From: Akkermansia muciniphila ATCC BAA-835
GTDB lineage: Bacteria; Verrucomicrobiota; Verrucomicrobiia; Verrucomicrobiales; Akkermansiaceae
DNA: 32,000 bases
NCBI RefSeq assembly: GCF_000020225.1
Contig: NC_010655.1
Coordinates: 1-32,000 of the forward strand
Direction of reading: 5' to 3'
Position 1 is the first letter of the stretch. Every line of letters begins with the position of its first letter. The notes below the pieces were generated by a model, which had not been told where the DNA came from, ran no database searches, and saw only the letters and a program-made list of their open reading frames with translations. Below, one piece after another: positions 1 to 8,913 of the stretch. The position numbers and the translations under genes were made by a program.

Positions 1-469
1 AAATCTTATAAAATAACCACATAACTTAAAAAGAATTATGCGGATTTTTAATCCGTCCCCGGCTACGGCTTCTCCGAGCCTTTCGGGTTTAGCTGCTCTG
101 ATGATGCGCCGCAGCATCTAAAACCCATTTCCCCCCCCTCCGCCGGATTTCCAAAAACAATGCGGTTTTTTATTTTCCAGTACCTGTCCGGTATCGGAGC
201 CTTCACTTCATGCGGCATCCTGAACGGCAAAATCCTGAGAAAAGAAAACGCAGCTTCTCACAAGCGAGATTCCAATCCAACATTCATATCCCCGTGTGGA
301 TATGTGCACCGGAATAACAGTACTCCACGGTTTTCCAGGGCGGAAAGTGCCGGGGGGAGGCTTCCAATTGTCAATCAAGCTGTGCATCATTGTGCATGCT
401 TTTTTGACCATATGATACCCTTTTTCACTGATTTCCAGCATGATGTGCAATATATGCACTAAAAGTAAC

Positions 470-501
470 AAGCCCCTTAAACCGTTGGATTTAAGGGGCT
501 T
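470..501 (-). terminator. Hairpin terminator downstream of the minus-strand tRNA
   Basis: Perfect 12-bp inverted repeat AAGCCCCTTAAA (470-481) / TTTAAGGGGCTT (490-501) with an 8-nt loop. It lies 6 nt past the tRNA 3' CCA. On the minus strand it is followed by GTTACTTTT. Confidence 0.55.
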
Positions 502-507
502 TGAAGA

Positions 508-582
<75 letters not shown>

Positions 583-614
583 GTTAAGTGGTTGATGCCG
601 TAAGGCGGAGAAAT

Positions 615-642
615 ATTTAACCCGGATCGGAAAGAATGTCCA
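615..642 (-). promoter_or_regulatory. Putative sigma70-type promoter for the tRNA
   Basis: The minus strand reads TGGACA (642-637), a 16-nt spacer, then TTAAAT (620-615), about 30 nt upstream of the tRNA 5' end. Hexamer matches only. Confidence 0.3.
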
Positions 643-792
643 GATTTTTTTATGGATCAGGAGCATTTTATCACGGCAACCCGCCTTCCCCTCCAGAGAA
701 ATCATTACGGATGAAGCATTTTTCACTCAACCGTTTCATACAGCCTGTGTCCCATGCCGTTTCCTACATGCGGGCATTTACGGCACAGGACA

Positions 793-1353
793 TTATGATG
801 CCTTCTGTCCCATGCCATTGCCGCAGCAGGACAGGAAATAGAGGCCCATAAAGATTTTCGGGTCCACCACTTTTCCCTGTCCCATCTGCTCCATCAGCCA
901 GTCATGCACCTGAGGAAGAGGAATGCGGTGCACAGTAATATTTTCGTGGGCCACACCGCCTCCTGCCGATATTCGATGCAGGTCTTCCGCCAGATAGAAG
1001 GATACCATTTCCGTAGTCAATCCTGGGGAAGAAGGCCCCGCAAAAAGATACGTCCAGGAGTCCGCCCGGTATCCGGTTTCCTCTTCAAGTTCACGCCGGG
1101 CGGATTGCAGCGTGCTTTCCTCCCCTTCATCCCCGGAAATGCCCGCAGGCAGCCCTACGGTCCGGGCATGCAGGGGAACGCGGTATTCTTCCACCAGCAA
1201 CAGTTCTCCTTCTTTCGTCACGGCCACGATCATGACAGCTCCGCTGGCATTAACCCGGCGCACGTATTCCCACCTCCCCTCTTTCAGAAGTTCCAGAAAT
1301 TTCCCCCGGTAGAGAGACAGGCATGCTTCCCCTGGCTGTTCCATTTGTTCCAT
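793..1353 (-). CDS. NUDIX hydrolase (ADP-ribose pyrophosphatase-like)
   Basis: 186-aa ORF with a Nudix box core: ...GDEGEESTLQSARRELEEETGY (REUxEExGU preceded by Ex7). Transcribed divergently from dnaA. Confidence 0.88.
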   Translation of the reverse strand: MEQMEQPGEACLSLYRGKFLELLKEGRWEYVRRVNASGAVMIVAVTKEGELLLVEEYRVPLHARTVGLPAGISGDEGEESTLQSARRELEEETGYRADSWTYLFAGPSSPGLTTEMVSFYLAEDLHRISAGGGVAHENITVHRIPLPQVHDWLMEQMGQGKVVDPKIFMGLYFLSCCGNGMGQKAS

Positions 1354-1489
1354 GATGCAGCCACGTTAGGTTTCCGGACGGCCGTTGTCAACCATGCGGA
1401 CCGCCTCCCTCCTGCATCTTCCCGGACAGTTCCGTTCCGGTCCCTGTAAGTGGTTGATTTCCGGCGGCGTAATCATGCACTTTTCGTCA

Positions 1490-1680
1490 CCCAGGCCAGT
1501 AACAAAACAACAACACATTGATGATGAGTAATTAACAATGTCATACAGAAAATATACTCAGGAGGACTAAATTATCGGAGGAAGCAAGAACAAAATATTT
1601 TTTCATGTGGAACCCCCGTGGAACGTAGAGCCGCAGAACGATGACTCGCGCTGTTTCAAAAAGATATTTTTTCCTCAGAC
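1490..1680. other. AT-rich segment of the NUDIX-dnaA divergent spacer; candidate oriC unwinding region
   Basis: Lies immediately upstream of dnaA and is visibly AT-rich relative to its flanks. ATATTTTTTC is repeated at 1595-1604 and 1664-1673. GTGGAAC is repeated at 1607-1613 and 1618-1624. No perfect TTATCCACA box was found by eye. Confidence 0.3.
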
Positions 1681-1881
1681 GCAAATCAGTAATTTGGCGC
1701 TCCCGTCAACCGGGGTGTTGAGCTGAAAGCGGATGAGTTCGCCTTCTCCACCCCGATGGACGCCACGAGCTGTCACGGCTGCGGATGAACCTGATCCGGT
1801 TCCATCCGCGGGCGGCCTCGTAGCGGGACGGAACGCCTTACGGCTATTTCTAACCAGCAACATCTTTTATTTCCAATAACA

Positions 1882-3288
1882 ATGACTCCGCCATCAGAAC
1901 TGTCAGCCACCTGGTCCAAAATCACGGGAGCCTTGCAAACAATCATGTCCCCGGAGGTTTATGGATTGTGGTTTCCCAAGTTTTCCCTGCTGGAGGATTC
2001 AGGGAAGGCGCTGACGCTGGTATGCGACGATCCTATGGCCGCCCTCTGGGTGGAAAACAGCTATACGCCGGAGCTGAAGCAGGCCGCCATGCTGGCTCTG
2101 GGCACGGAACGCCAGATCAAATTCGTCTGCACAGATGAAGTGGCTTCCATGCCCGCTGCAGAAGGCCAGCCGCAAAAAGCTTCTTCCCGGGCCAAAACGC
2201 CGCAGGCGGCGGATTCCCCGGCCGCACCGGTCAAAAAACAGCGTACATCGGCCGCCAGGGCATGCCTGAATGACTTATATACGTTCGATTCGTTCGTGGT
2301 GTATGAGGACAGCCGTTTTGCGTACCAGGCCGGACTGTCCGTCGCCCAGTCGGAACGGGCCCTGTTCAATCCACTTTTCCTGTACGGTAAATCCGGCGTT
2401 GGCAAAACCCATCTTCTCCAGGCCATTGGCCATGAGGTGCTCCATCAGGATTCATCCACAAATGTGGTGTACGTCACGGGCGAACAGTTCGCCAATGAAT
2501 TTATTGACGCTTCCCGAACCCAGAACGGACAAAGCTTCACCAAACTGCGCCGCAAGTACCGCAAGGCAGACGTCCTGCTGGTGGACGACGTGCAATTTAT
2601 CTCCGGCAAGGAAAAAACGGTGGAAGAATTCCTGCATACGTTTGACGAACTGTTCCATGCCCACAAAACCATCGTGATTTGCGCGGATGCCGCCGCATGC
2701 GATATTTCCAATCTGGACCCCCGGCTGGCGGCGCGCCTGGAATCAGGCCTTACGGTAGAATTGAACCTTCCGGACGACAATGCACGGCTGGAGATCCTGC
2801 GCAGCAAGCGCGACCGGGCCGGCATGAACGTATCCGACGAAATTCTGGAGTTTCTGGCAAGCCGCATCCAGAAGAGCGTGCGCCGCCTGGAAGGAGCACT
2901 GCTCCGTGTAGCCACCTTTACTTCCCTGTCCGGAGACATGCCTGACATCGCCAAAATTGAGCAGCTTTTACGCGACATCCTGCGGGAAGAAACAAGCCGC
3001 ATCCTGACCGTAGATTCCATCCAGAAGCGCGTGGCGGATTTTTACGAACTCAAGGTCAGCGACCTGACCGGCAAGCGCCGCCCCAACAGCATCGCCTTTC
3101 CGCGCCAGATCGCCATGTACTTGAGCCGCCGCCTGACGGAACGCTCCCTGAAGGATATCGGCCAGGCGTTCGGCGGCCGGGATCACGGCACCGTCATCCA
3201 TGCGAACAAGCTGGTCGCCTCCCGTATGGAAGAGGATGTGCGCGTGAGGGATATCGTCCAGAGGCTGGAAGAGGAGTTGAGGGATTGA
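1882..3288 (+). CDS. dnaA: Chromosomal replication initiator protein DnaA
   Basis: 468 aa. AAA+ Walker A motif GKSGVGKTHL, Walker B LLVDDVQF, and a C-terminal DNA-binding signature: SIAFPRQIAMYLSRRLT...GGRDHGTVIHA. Confidence 0.97.
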   Translation: MTPPSELSATWSKITGALQTIMSPEVYGLWFPKFSLLEDSGKALTLVCDDPMAALWVENSYTPELKQAAMLALGTERQIKFVCTDEVASMPAAEGQPQKASSRAKTPQAADSPAAPVKKQRTSAARACLNDLYTFDSFVVYEDSRFAYQAGLSVAQSERALFNPLFLYGKSGVGKTHLLQAIGHEVLHQDSSTNVVYVTGEQFANEFIDASRTQNGQSFTKLRRKYRKADVLLVDDVQFISGKEKTVEEFLHTFDELFHAHKTIVICADAAACDISNLDPRLAARLESGLTVELNLPDDNARLEILRSKRDRAGMNVSDEILEFLASRIQKSVRRLEGALLRVATFTSLSGDMPDIAKIEQLLRDILREETSRILTVDSIQKRVADFYELKVSDLTGKRRPNSIAFPRQIAMYLSRRLTERSLKDIGQAFGGRDHGTVIHANKLVASRMEEDVRVRDIVQRLEEELRD

Positions 3289-3388
3289 TTTTCCTTCCCT
3301 CCAGCCCTGCTGGAAAAGCATGGTCCCGTTGAATGCCCATGGCTTTTCAAGCGGAAGAAGCGCTTCCGCGGCGCAGGGGAGAATAAGC

Positions 3389-3416
3389 TTGAGGCGAAAG
3401 CGGTTTGGATTAGAAT
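3389..3416 (+). promoter_or_regulatory. Putative sigma70-type promoter of the ABC-transporter operon
   Basis: TTGAGG (3389-3394), a 16-nt spacer, then TAGAAT (3411-3416), 22 nt upstream of the ATG at 3438. Confidence 0.35.
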
Positions 3417-3437
3417 CACCCTGTTCCCATTGATTCC

Positions 3438-4373
3438 ATGATCCACGCCGACCAGCTTTCCAAAGAGTTTGGCCGCTTTCAAGCGGTAAAGAATGCCTCC
3501 TTCCAGATTGAAAAGGGGGAAATCGTAGGGTTCCTGGGGCCGAACGGCGCAGGCAAGACCACGACTTTGCGCATGCTGACCGGCTATCTGCCCCCCACTT
3601 CCGGCACAGCCACGATTGCCGGGTTCGACATTGTGAAAAATCCCCTGGAGGCTCGCAAACATCTGGGCTACCTGCCGGAACACGTGCCCCTTTACGACGA
3701 CCAACGCGTCACGGAATACCTGAAATTCCGCGCCAGGCTTAAAGGCATCTCTTCCAGGCAGATCTGGCCTGCCGTCTCCAAGGTTGTAGAACAATGCGGC
3801 CTGGATCCCGTGCGCCGCAAGATGATCCGCACCCTTTCCAAAGGCTACCGCCAGCGCGTAGGCCTGGCGGACGCCCTGCTGGGGGAACCGGACCTGCTGA
3901 TCCTTGACGAACCTACCAACGGTCTTGACCCCAACCAGATACGCCAGATACGCGAACTGATCAAAGGTCTGGCGGCCAACCATACCATTATTCTTTCCAC
4001 CCACATTCTCAGTGAGGTGGAAATGATTTGCAACAAGGTCATCATCATTGACCAGGGAACTATCAAGGCAGCGGATACCCCCTCCAACCTGACGGCCAAT
4101 CTACGGGCAGCCGGCAAGATTACTCTGGAATTCCGGGGAGACCTGGCCCTGATTACGCGGAAACTGGAAAACCTGGAACATGTGAAGAAGGTCATCCATG
4201 AAGGAACGGACGCCGACGGCTGGCATACGCTGACCGTACGCGCGGAGGCCGGGACGGATACCCGTGAAAAGGCTGCGCGCCTCCTTGCGGAACAGGGCTG
4301 CCCCCTGCGCCATATTTACCGCCACACCCCCACGCTGGAAGAAGTGTTCGTGGAAATGACCCGTAAAGATTAA
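3438..4373 (+). CDS. ABC transporter ATP-binding protein (ABC-2 / GldA-like)
   Basis: 311 aa. Walker A GPNGAGKTT, ABC signature LSKGYRQRV, Walker B LLILDEPT and H-loop STHIL. Confidence 0.93.
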   Translation: MIHADQLSKEFGRFQAVKNASFQIEKGEIVGFLGPNGAGKTTTLRMLTGYLPPTSGTATIAGFDIVKNPLEARKHLGYLPEHVPLYDDQRVTEYLKFRARLKGISSRQIWPAVSKVVEQCGLDPVRRKMIRTLSKGYRQRVGLADALLGEPDLLILDEPTNGLDPNQIRQIRELIKGLAANHTIILSTHILSEVEMICNKVIIIDQGTIKAADTPSNLTANLRAAGKITLEFRGDLALITRKLENLEHVKKVIHEGTDADGWHTLTVRAEAGTDTREKAARLLAEQGCPLRHIYRHTPTLEEVFVEMTRKD

Positions 4374-4428
4374 CCCCCCCTTTTTCCATCCCCGCCTATC
4401 CACCACCGCCCATTTCCCTTTTCTCCCC

Positions 4429-5211
4429 ATGTCTCCAGTACTTACCATTTTCAGAAAAGAACTCAGAAGCTACGTAATGACTCCGTACGGATGGGTTATC
4501 CTGGCTTTCGTCATGGCCCTTCAGAGCGTCTCCCTGTCCGGCACGCTGAAGGCTTTTCAACTGGCCCCGCAGAAGGAAGGCATCCTGTTCTTCATCCTGC
4601 ATTCTCCCATGTTCTGGTTTTACTTCCTGTTCATCTTCCCTCTGCTCACCATGCGTTCCCTGGCGGAGGAGGAAAAGACGGGAACACTGGAATCCCTGCT
4701 CACCACGCCCATCAAGACATGGCAGGTGGTTCTGGGAAAATACTTCTCCGCATACGCCTTTTACATCATCCTGTGGCTGCCCATGCTTCTCTATCCCATC
4801 CTGGCGGACTGGTCCAACCTGATTGTGCAGTGGATTTACGGATATGACGCGGGCATGGTTCTGCCTTACCGCCTGGCGGACTGGGCCGGGGCATACGCCA
4901 TTCTGCTGCTGGTCGGCGCCTGGTTCACGGCCATCGGCATTTTCGCCTCCTCCATGACGGGCAGCCAGATTATTTCCGGCATCATCACCATCGGCCTGCT
5001 GGTCCTGATTTTCTTCATGGGTCTGATTCCCGTGGTGTGGGGGGAATTCCCCGCAGCGGGGATTTTCCACTACATGTCCTGCTCGGAACATCTGGACCGC
5101 TTTTCCGCCGGGCTGGTTGACACGCGCCCCGTCGTGTTTTACCTGACCATGACAGTCCTGACGCTGGCCGTCACCATCCGCATCATTGACCACCGCCGCT
5201 GGAAACACTGA
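4429..5211 (+). CDS. ABC-2 family permease (GldF-like)
   Basis: 260-aa polytopic hydrophobic protein immediately downstream of the ATPase. The N-terminus IFRKELRSY... is typical of ABC-2 permeases. Confidence 0.82.
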   Translation: MSPVLTIFRKELRSYVMTPYGWVILAFVMALQSVSLSGTLKAFQLAPQKEGILFFILHSPMFWFYFLFIFPLLTMRSLAEEEKTGTLESLLTTPIKTWQVVLGKYFSAYAFYIILWLPMLLYPILADWSNLIVQWIYGYDAGMVLPYRLADWAGAYAILLLVGAWFTAIGIFASSMTGSQIISGIITIGLLVLIFFMGLIPVVWGEFPAAGIFHYMSCSEHLDRFSAGLVDTRPVVFYLTMTVLTLAVTIRIIDHRRWKH

Positions 5212-5245
5212 CTCATCCCTCCTTCACCACTTTTCATTTTTATCT

Positions 5246-6817
5246 ATGAGCGAAACACCAGACACCCCCGCCGCGGCCGCAGAAGCCTCCCAGCCCGCCG
5301 CCCGCAAGGTCAAACGCCCCTGGATGACCTGGATCAAGCTTTTCCTGCTGTTCCTTATCGTCGTATGCCTGAATTACGTAGGCTGCCACGAGTATTACCG
5401 CCGGGACCTGACGGAAGACCAGCGTTATGAAATTTCCCGTCAGAGCATCAACATGCTCCAGTCCCCGGAAATCCAGAAGCGCAAAACCCCCGTCAAAATC
5501 ACGTTCGCTTTCCTGCGCACCACGCAGAACTACACCCGCATGCGTTCTCTGCTTGAGGAGTACGAACGTTATTCCAACGGCAAGGTGAAGGTGGAGTATG
5601 TGGATCCCCTCCGCCAGCCGAACAAGGCCCGTGAAATCTCCAATATCTACGGAATTGAATTCAAGAAGAACCTGGTCATCATTGATGCCCGGGAGGATAC
5701 GGAAAAAGCGCTCAAGACGTTTGAAGGCACCCAGGCGGACGCCGCCCACGTGCGCATCCTGCCCGGAGACGCCTTCGTAGTATACGCACCCGGGCCGGAC
5801 GGCAAAAGCATGAAGGCAGTGGCGCTCCAGATTGAAGACATGATGACTGCCGGCATTTACGGAGCGGCCAACGGCGAACCTCGTAAAATTTATATCGCGG
5901 CGGATAAGAGCAACTTCAACGAGTCCCTGAGCAACAACCAGGAAGAAAGCATTTTCACGACGCTGGGCAAAATCTGCCGTTCCGTCAACCTGCAGCTTGT
6001 TCCCATCCGCATGAGCGGTCTGGAAGAAATTCCGGAAGACGCCGCAGGATTCATGATTATCGGTTCCAAATATGATCTGTCCCCGCAGGAGGCGGAAGTG
6101 CTCCAGTGGTACTGGGCGCGCCCGAACGCCGCCATTCTAATCATGCTGGAACCCCAGAATGACACACCCAAACAGCTTTACCGCTTTCTCCGCGAACAGG
6201 GGCTACGGCCCCAGAATGACCGCGTGATGCTCCGCAACAGGGGCAACCGTTCCGTTTTTGAAATTAACTCCATTTTCGCCCCCTCCCTGAATTGCACCCG
6301 TGAATTCTGGAATTCCAGCACCGGACTGGAAGGGGAGAGCATCTCCCTCATTCTGGATTCCGACAATGCGGCCATGGAACAGAAGCGCATTACGCCATAC
6401 CCCCTCCTGGTCACAACGGAGGATTATTACGGAGAAACCAAATACAACCAGTTCCCTGCCCAGTTCGACGCAAGGGAAGACAATCCGGGCCCTCTGATGA
6501 TCGGCGCGGCCCTCATCCGGGGGAATGCCGGGGACGTGAACCAGAACAAGACTACCGGGCGCCTGGTTCTGCTTGGCAATACGGACCTGCTCCAGCCCCG
6601 GCAAATCAAACCGGAACAGAGGGATTTCATGCGTACGCTGATCGGCTGGATGACGGACCGTGAAGAATTGCGTGGCCTCGGCTCCCGCCATGACCTGACC
6701 GTCAAGCTGAATCTGGATCGCAACGCCCTGGGCGTTTTGGAACTCCTGACGAATATCGGACTCCCCCTGCTGGCGCTGCTGATCGCCCTGATTATCTGGA
6801 ACACGCGCCGTCATTAA
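5246..6817 (+). CDS. GldG-like ABC-transporter auxiliary protein (ABC-type uncharacterized transport system domain)
   Basis: The start was moved to the ATG at 5246 (MSETPDT...), which removes the overlap with the permease. The protein has N- and C-terminal transmembrane anchors flanking a large soluble domain. Its position after the ATPase and permease matches the gldA-gldF-gldG arrangement. Confidence 0.75.
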   Translation: MSETPDTPAAAAEASQPAARKVKRPWMTWIKLFLLFLIVVCLNYVGCHEYYRRDLTEDQRYEISRQSINMLQSPEIQKRKTPVKITFAFLRTTQNYTRMRSLLEEYERYSNGKVKVEYVDPLRQPNKAREISNIYGIEFKKNLVIIDAREDTEKALKTFEGTQADAAHVRILPGDAFVVYAPGPDGKSMKAVALQIEDMMTAGIYGAANGEPRKIYIAADKSNFNESLSNNQEESIFTTLGKICRSVNLQLVPIRMSGLEEIPEDAAGFMIIGSKYDLSPQEAEVLQWYWARPNAAILIMLEPQNDTPKQLYRFLREQGLRPQNDRVMLRNRGNRSVFEINSIFAPSLNCTREFWNSSTGLEGESISLILDSDNAAMEQKRITPYPLLVTTEDYYGETKYNQFPAQFDAREDNPGPLMIGAALIRGNAGDVNQNKTTGRLVLLGNTDLLQPRQIKPEQRDFMRTLIGWMTDREELRGLGSRHDLTVKLNLDRNALGVLELLTNIGLPLLALLIALIIWNTRRH

Positions 6818-6845
6818 CTCCACCCACGCCCATTACCGGAAGCAC

Positions 6846-8900
6846 ATGCGCACATTCCGTTTTATTCTTCTCATCCTCATCACCCTCGCTTCTGTCGGAG
6901 CAGCGGTGCTCCTCATGATTGACGGCAATCTGTCCCGCATCATCGGGCGCACCGCTTTCAGTTCCGGAGAACGGCTTTTCCCGTACACCCGGGAAGAAAT
7001 GAACGAGGTTTCCTGGATGCGCATCAATTGCGTGGGAGATGTCGCGGAATTCCGCCGCAAACCCAACGGCGTCTGGTGGTGCGAAAAGCCCTGGAACGAC
7101 CGTATGGATCCTCGCGCGGCGGCGGCCATTCTCCAGTACACGTACTCCACCAGCATCGTGGACGCATTGCCCCTGCACAAGATTGATTCCGCATCCCTGA
7201 AGGAATTCGGCGTGAAAACCACTCCCGTTACCATCACTCTCAAGGAAATGAGCGACGACGGAAAGCGTTCCTCCACTGTGGCGCGCTATACGCTGGGTTC
7301 CCCGGCGCCCTGGCTGGTGGACGATCCGGAGAACAAGACCACGGATGACACCACCTATATGCAGACGGATTTTTACGGCCGGGACACCCGCATTCTGGTG
7401 GGCACCGGCAACATCCTCCCTCTGTTCAAATCCGGCATCCGCCAGCTTCGGGACCACCGTCCCCTGCTACTGCATCCGGCCATGCCCGCCTCCATTGAAA
7501 TCAACAACCGGGGCCAGCGCATCGCCCTGGAGCGCAAGACTCCTGGCTCCCCCTGGAAAATCACGTATCCCCTCTCCCTGGATACGGACCCGGCCATGAT
7601 GGATGTGCTGCTGGGCACGCTCCAGAAGCTGACCGCCGTGCGCGTGTACAACCCGGAGGAAACGAGCGTGCCGGATATGACGGATGATCAAATCACCTCC
7701 GTCTCCATCAGGAATTTCACAGGCCGCCTTTCAGGGGACGGCAAATCCCTGCAAATGGAGGAACAGCCCGTCACGCTCCGGATTTATCCTCCCTCGGACA
7801 ACGGAAGCCTGTCCGAACTGGTCAAAGCCACCGTTTCCGACCGTAAGGCCGTCTTTGAATTGGCGCAAACGACGGAAACCAACAAGGAAGTTCCCGGCGT
7901 ACGCAATATTCCGCTGGATCTGGGCCTTCTGCGTTCCAAGCAATTGACGGACATCGGGGATTACAAGATTACCGGCCTTTCCATCCGTAAAAGTTTTCAG
8001 GATTACCCTACCATCGCCCGCTTCATTCAGGGGGATGAGAAAAAAGGCATCAAGCCCACCTGGCTGTACACGGTAGAGGGCGCCCGTTACCAAGAAGCTA
8101 ATCCGGAGCATCTCATTTCCCTGCTGAAAACCGTTAAACAGGGAAAAGTGGCCGGCTTCGCTTCGGACAAAGTTACGGACCTTTCCGTGTACGGGCTGGA
8201 TAATCCCAGAATGACGCTCACCATGTCCCTTCTGCCCAAGCCCGGTGAAGAGCCACGCCCCCCCGTGACGGTGTTTTTCTCCAAGGGTGCGGACGGTTCC
8301 TGGTATGCCCGCCAGGCCGGAAAACCCACCGTCGCCATACTGGACAACGCCTACATGAAGGATTTGCTGACGGATGCACTGGCCTGGAAAAAAAAGAGGC
8401 TTTTTTCCTTCAGCAGGTTTGACCTCAGAGAAATGCACCTGGAACGCATCGGTTCCGGAGGCCCCCTGGTTCTGAAATTCGACCGTCTGGACGATTCTTG
8501 GACAGCCTCCAAAGACGGGAAGGATGAAACCTTGAATATCAACCCGAACCGCGCCAACCGCTATCTGGATGAACTGGAAAAAATGGAGGTGAGCGCCTGG
8601 CTCCCCTATACGGACGCCACAGCGCATGAAGCCCTGAAAAATCCCGTTTTCCGCCTGAAACTCATCCTCCAGTCTTACAAGGAGGCGGCCCCCGTGCAGT
8701 CCCAATCCGGTTCCAGCGACATTACCTTTGCCCCGGAACCGGAAACGGAGGACAAAGTCATCACGCTGGAAATCGCCCCGGCGGGAGAGGCCGGATACAG
8801 CAGATTTTATTACGGCAGAGTAAATACAACCCCGAATTATTTTATCCTGAACATGGACGCCGTACGTCTGCTCGGCGCCAGCCTTTCGGAAGACAACTAA
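6846..8900 (+). CDS. Membrane-anchored protein, DUF4340-like, fourth gene of the ABC cluster
   Basis: 684 aa with an N-terminal transmembrane segment (FILLILITLASVGAAVLLMI). Its size and position after a GldG-like gene match the common DUF4340 partner. The family call is from memory. Confidence 0.65.
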   Translation: MRTFRFILLILITLASVGAAVLLMIDGNLSRIIGRTAFSSGERLFPYTREEMNEVSWMRINCVGDVAEFRRKPNGVWWCEKPWNDRMDPRAAAAILQYTYSTSIVDALPLHKIDSASLKEFGVKTTPVTITLKEMSDDGKRSSTVARYTLGSPAPWLVDDPENKTTDDTTYMQTDFYGRDTRILVGTGNILPLFKSGIRQLRDHRPLLLHPAMPASIEINNRGQRIALERKTPGSPWKITYPLSLDTDPAMMDVLLGTLQKLTAVRVYNPEETSVPDMTDDQITSVSIRNFTGRLSGDGKSLQMEEQPVTLRIYPPSDNGSLSELVKATVSDRKAVFELAQTTETNKEVPGVRNIPLDLGLLRSKQLTDIGDYKITGLSIRKSFQDYPTIARFIQGDEKKGIKPTWLYTVEGARYQEANPEHLISLLKTVKQGKVAGFASDKVTDLSVYGLDNPRMTLTMSLLPKPGEEPRPPVTVFFSKGADGSWYARQAGKPTVAILDNAYMKDLLTDALAWKKKRLFSFSRFDLREMHLERIGSGGPLVLKFDRLDDSWTASKDGKDETLNINPNRANRYLDELEKMEVSAWLPYTDATAHEALKNPVFRLKLILQSYKEAAPVQSQSGSSDITFAPEPETEDKVITLEIAPAGEAGYSRFYYGRVNTTPNYFILNMDAVRLLGASLSEDN

Positions 8901-8913
8901 CCACTCCTCCCGC

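Noticed and set aside
339-355. GGCGGAAAGTGCCGGGG resembles the RNase P RNA P4 element GAGGAAAGUCCGGGC.
   Set aside because: Only a partial match. I could not find the other universally conserved RNase P blocks (ACAGAAA..., AGGGUGAAA..., ACAGAACCCGGCUUA) on either strand nearby. Likewise I see no tmRNA-like tRNA end or SRP RNA motif.
160-471. Two overlapping ORFs (160-462 plus strand, 100 aa; 208-471 minus strand, 87 aa) in the leading non-coding block.
   Set aside because: They overlap each other and the minus-strand ORF also runs into the tRNA terminator stem. Their Cys/His/Phe-rich composition is non-protein-like, and no motif is recognisable. I treat the block as non-coding (see the first finding).
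5186-5245. Upstream extended ORF-track starts: 5186, 9635, 19020 (GTG), 20367 (TTG), 24416, 26623, 29344 (TTG) and 30618 (TTG).
   Set aside because: The extensions overlap the preceding gene or a promoter and encode non-conserved, odd-composition peptides. Downstream ATGs expose signal peptides, lipoboxes or the conserved family N-termini, so the shorter models were preferred.
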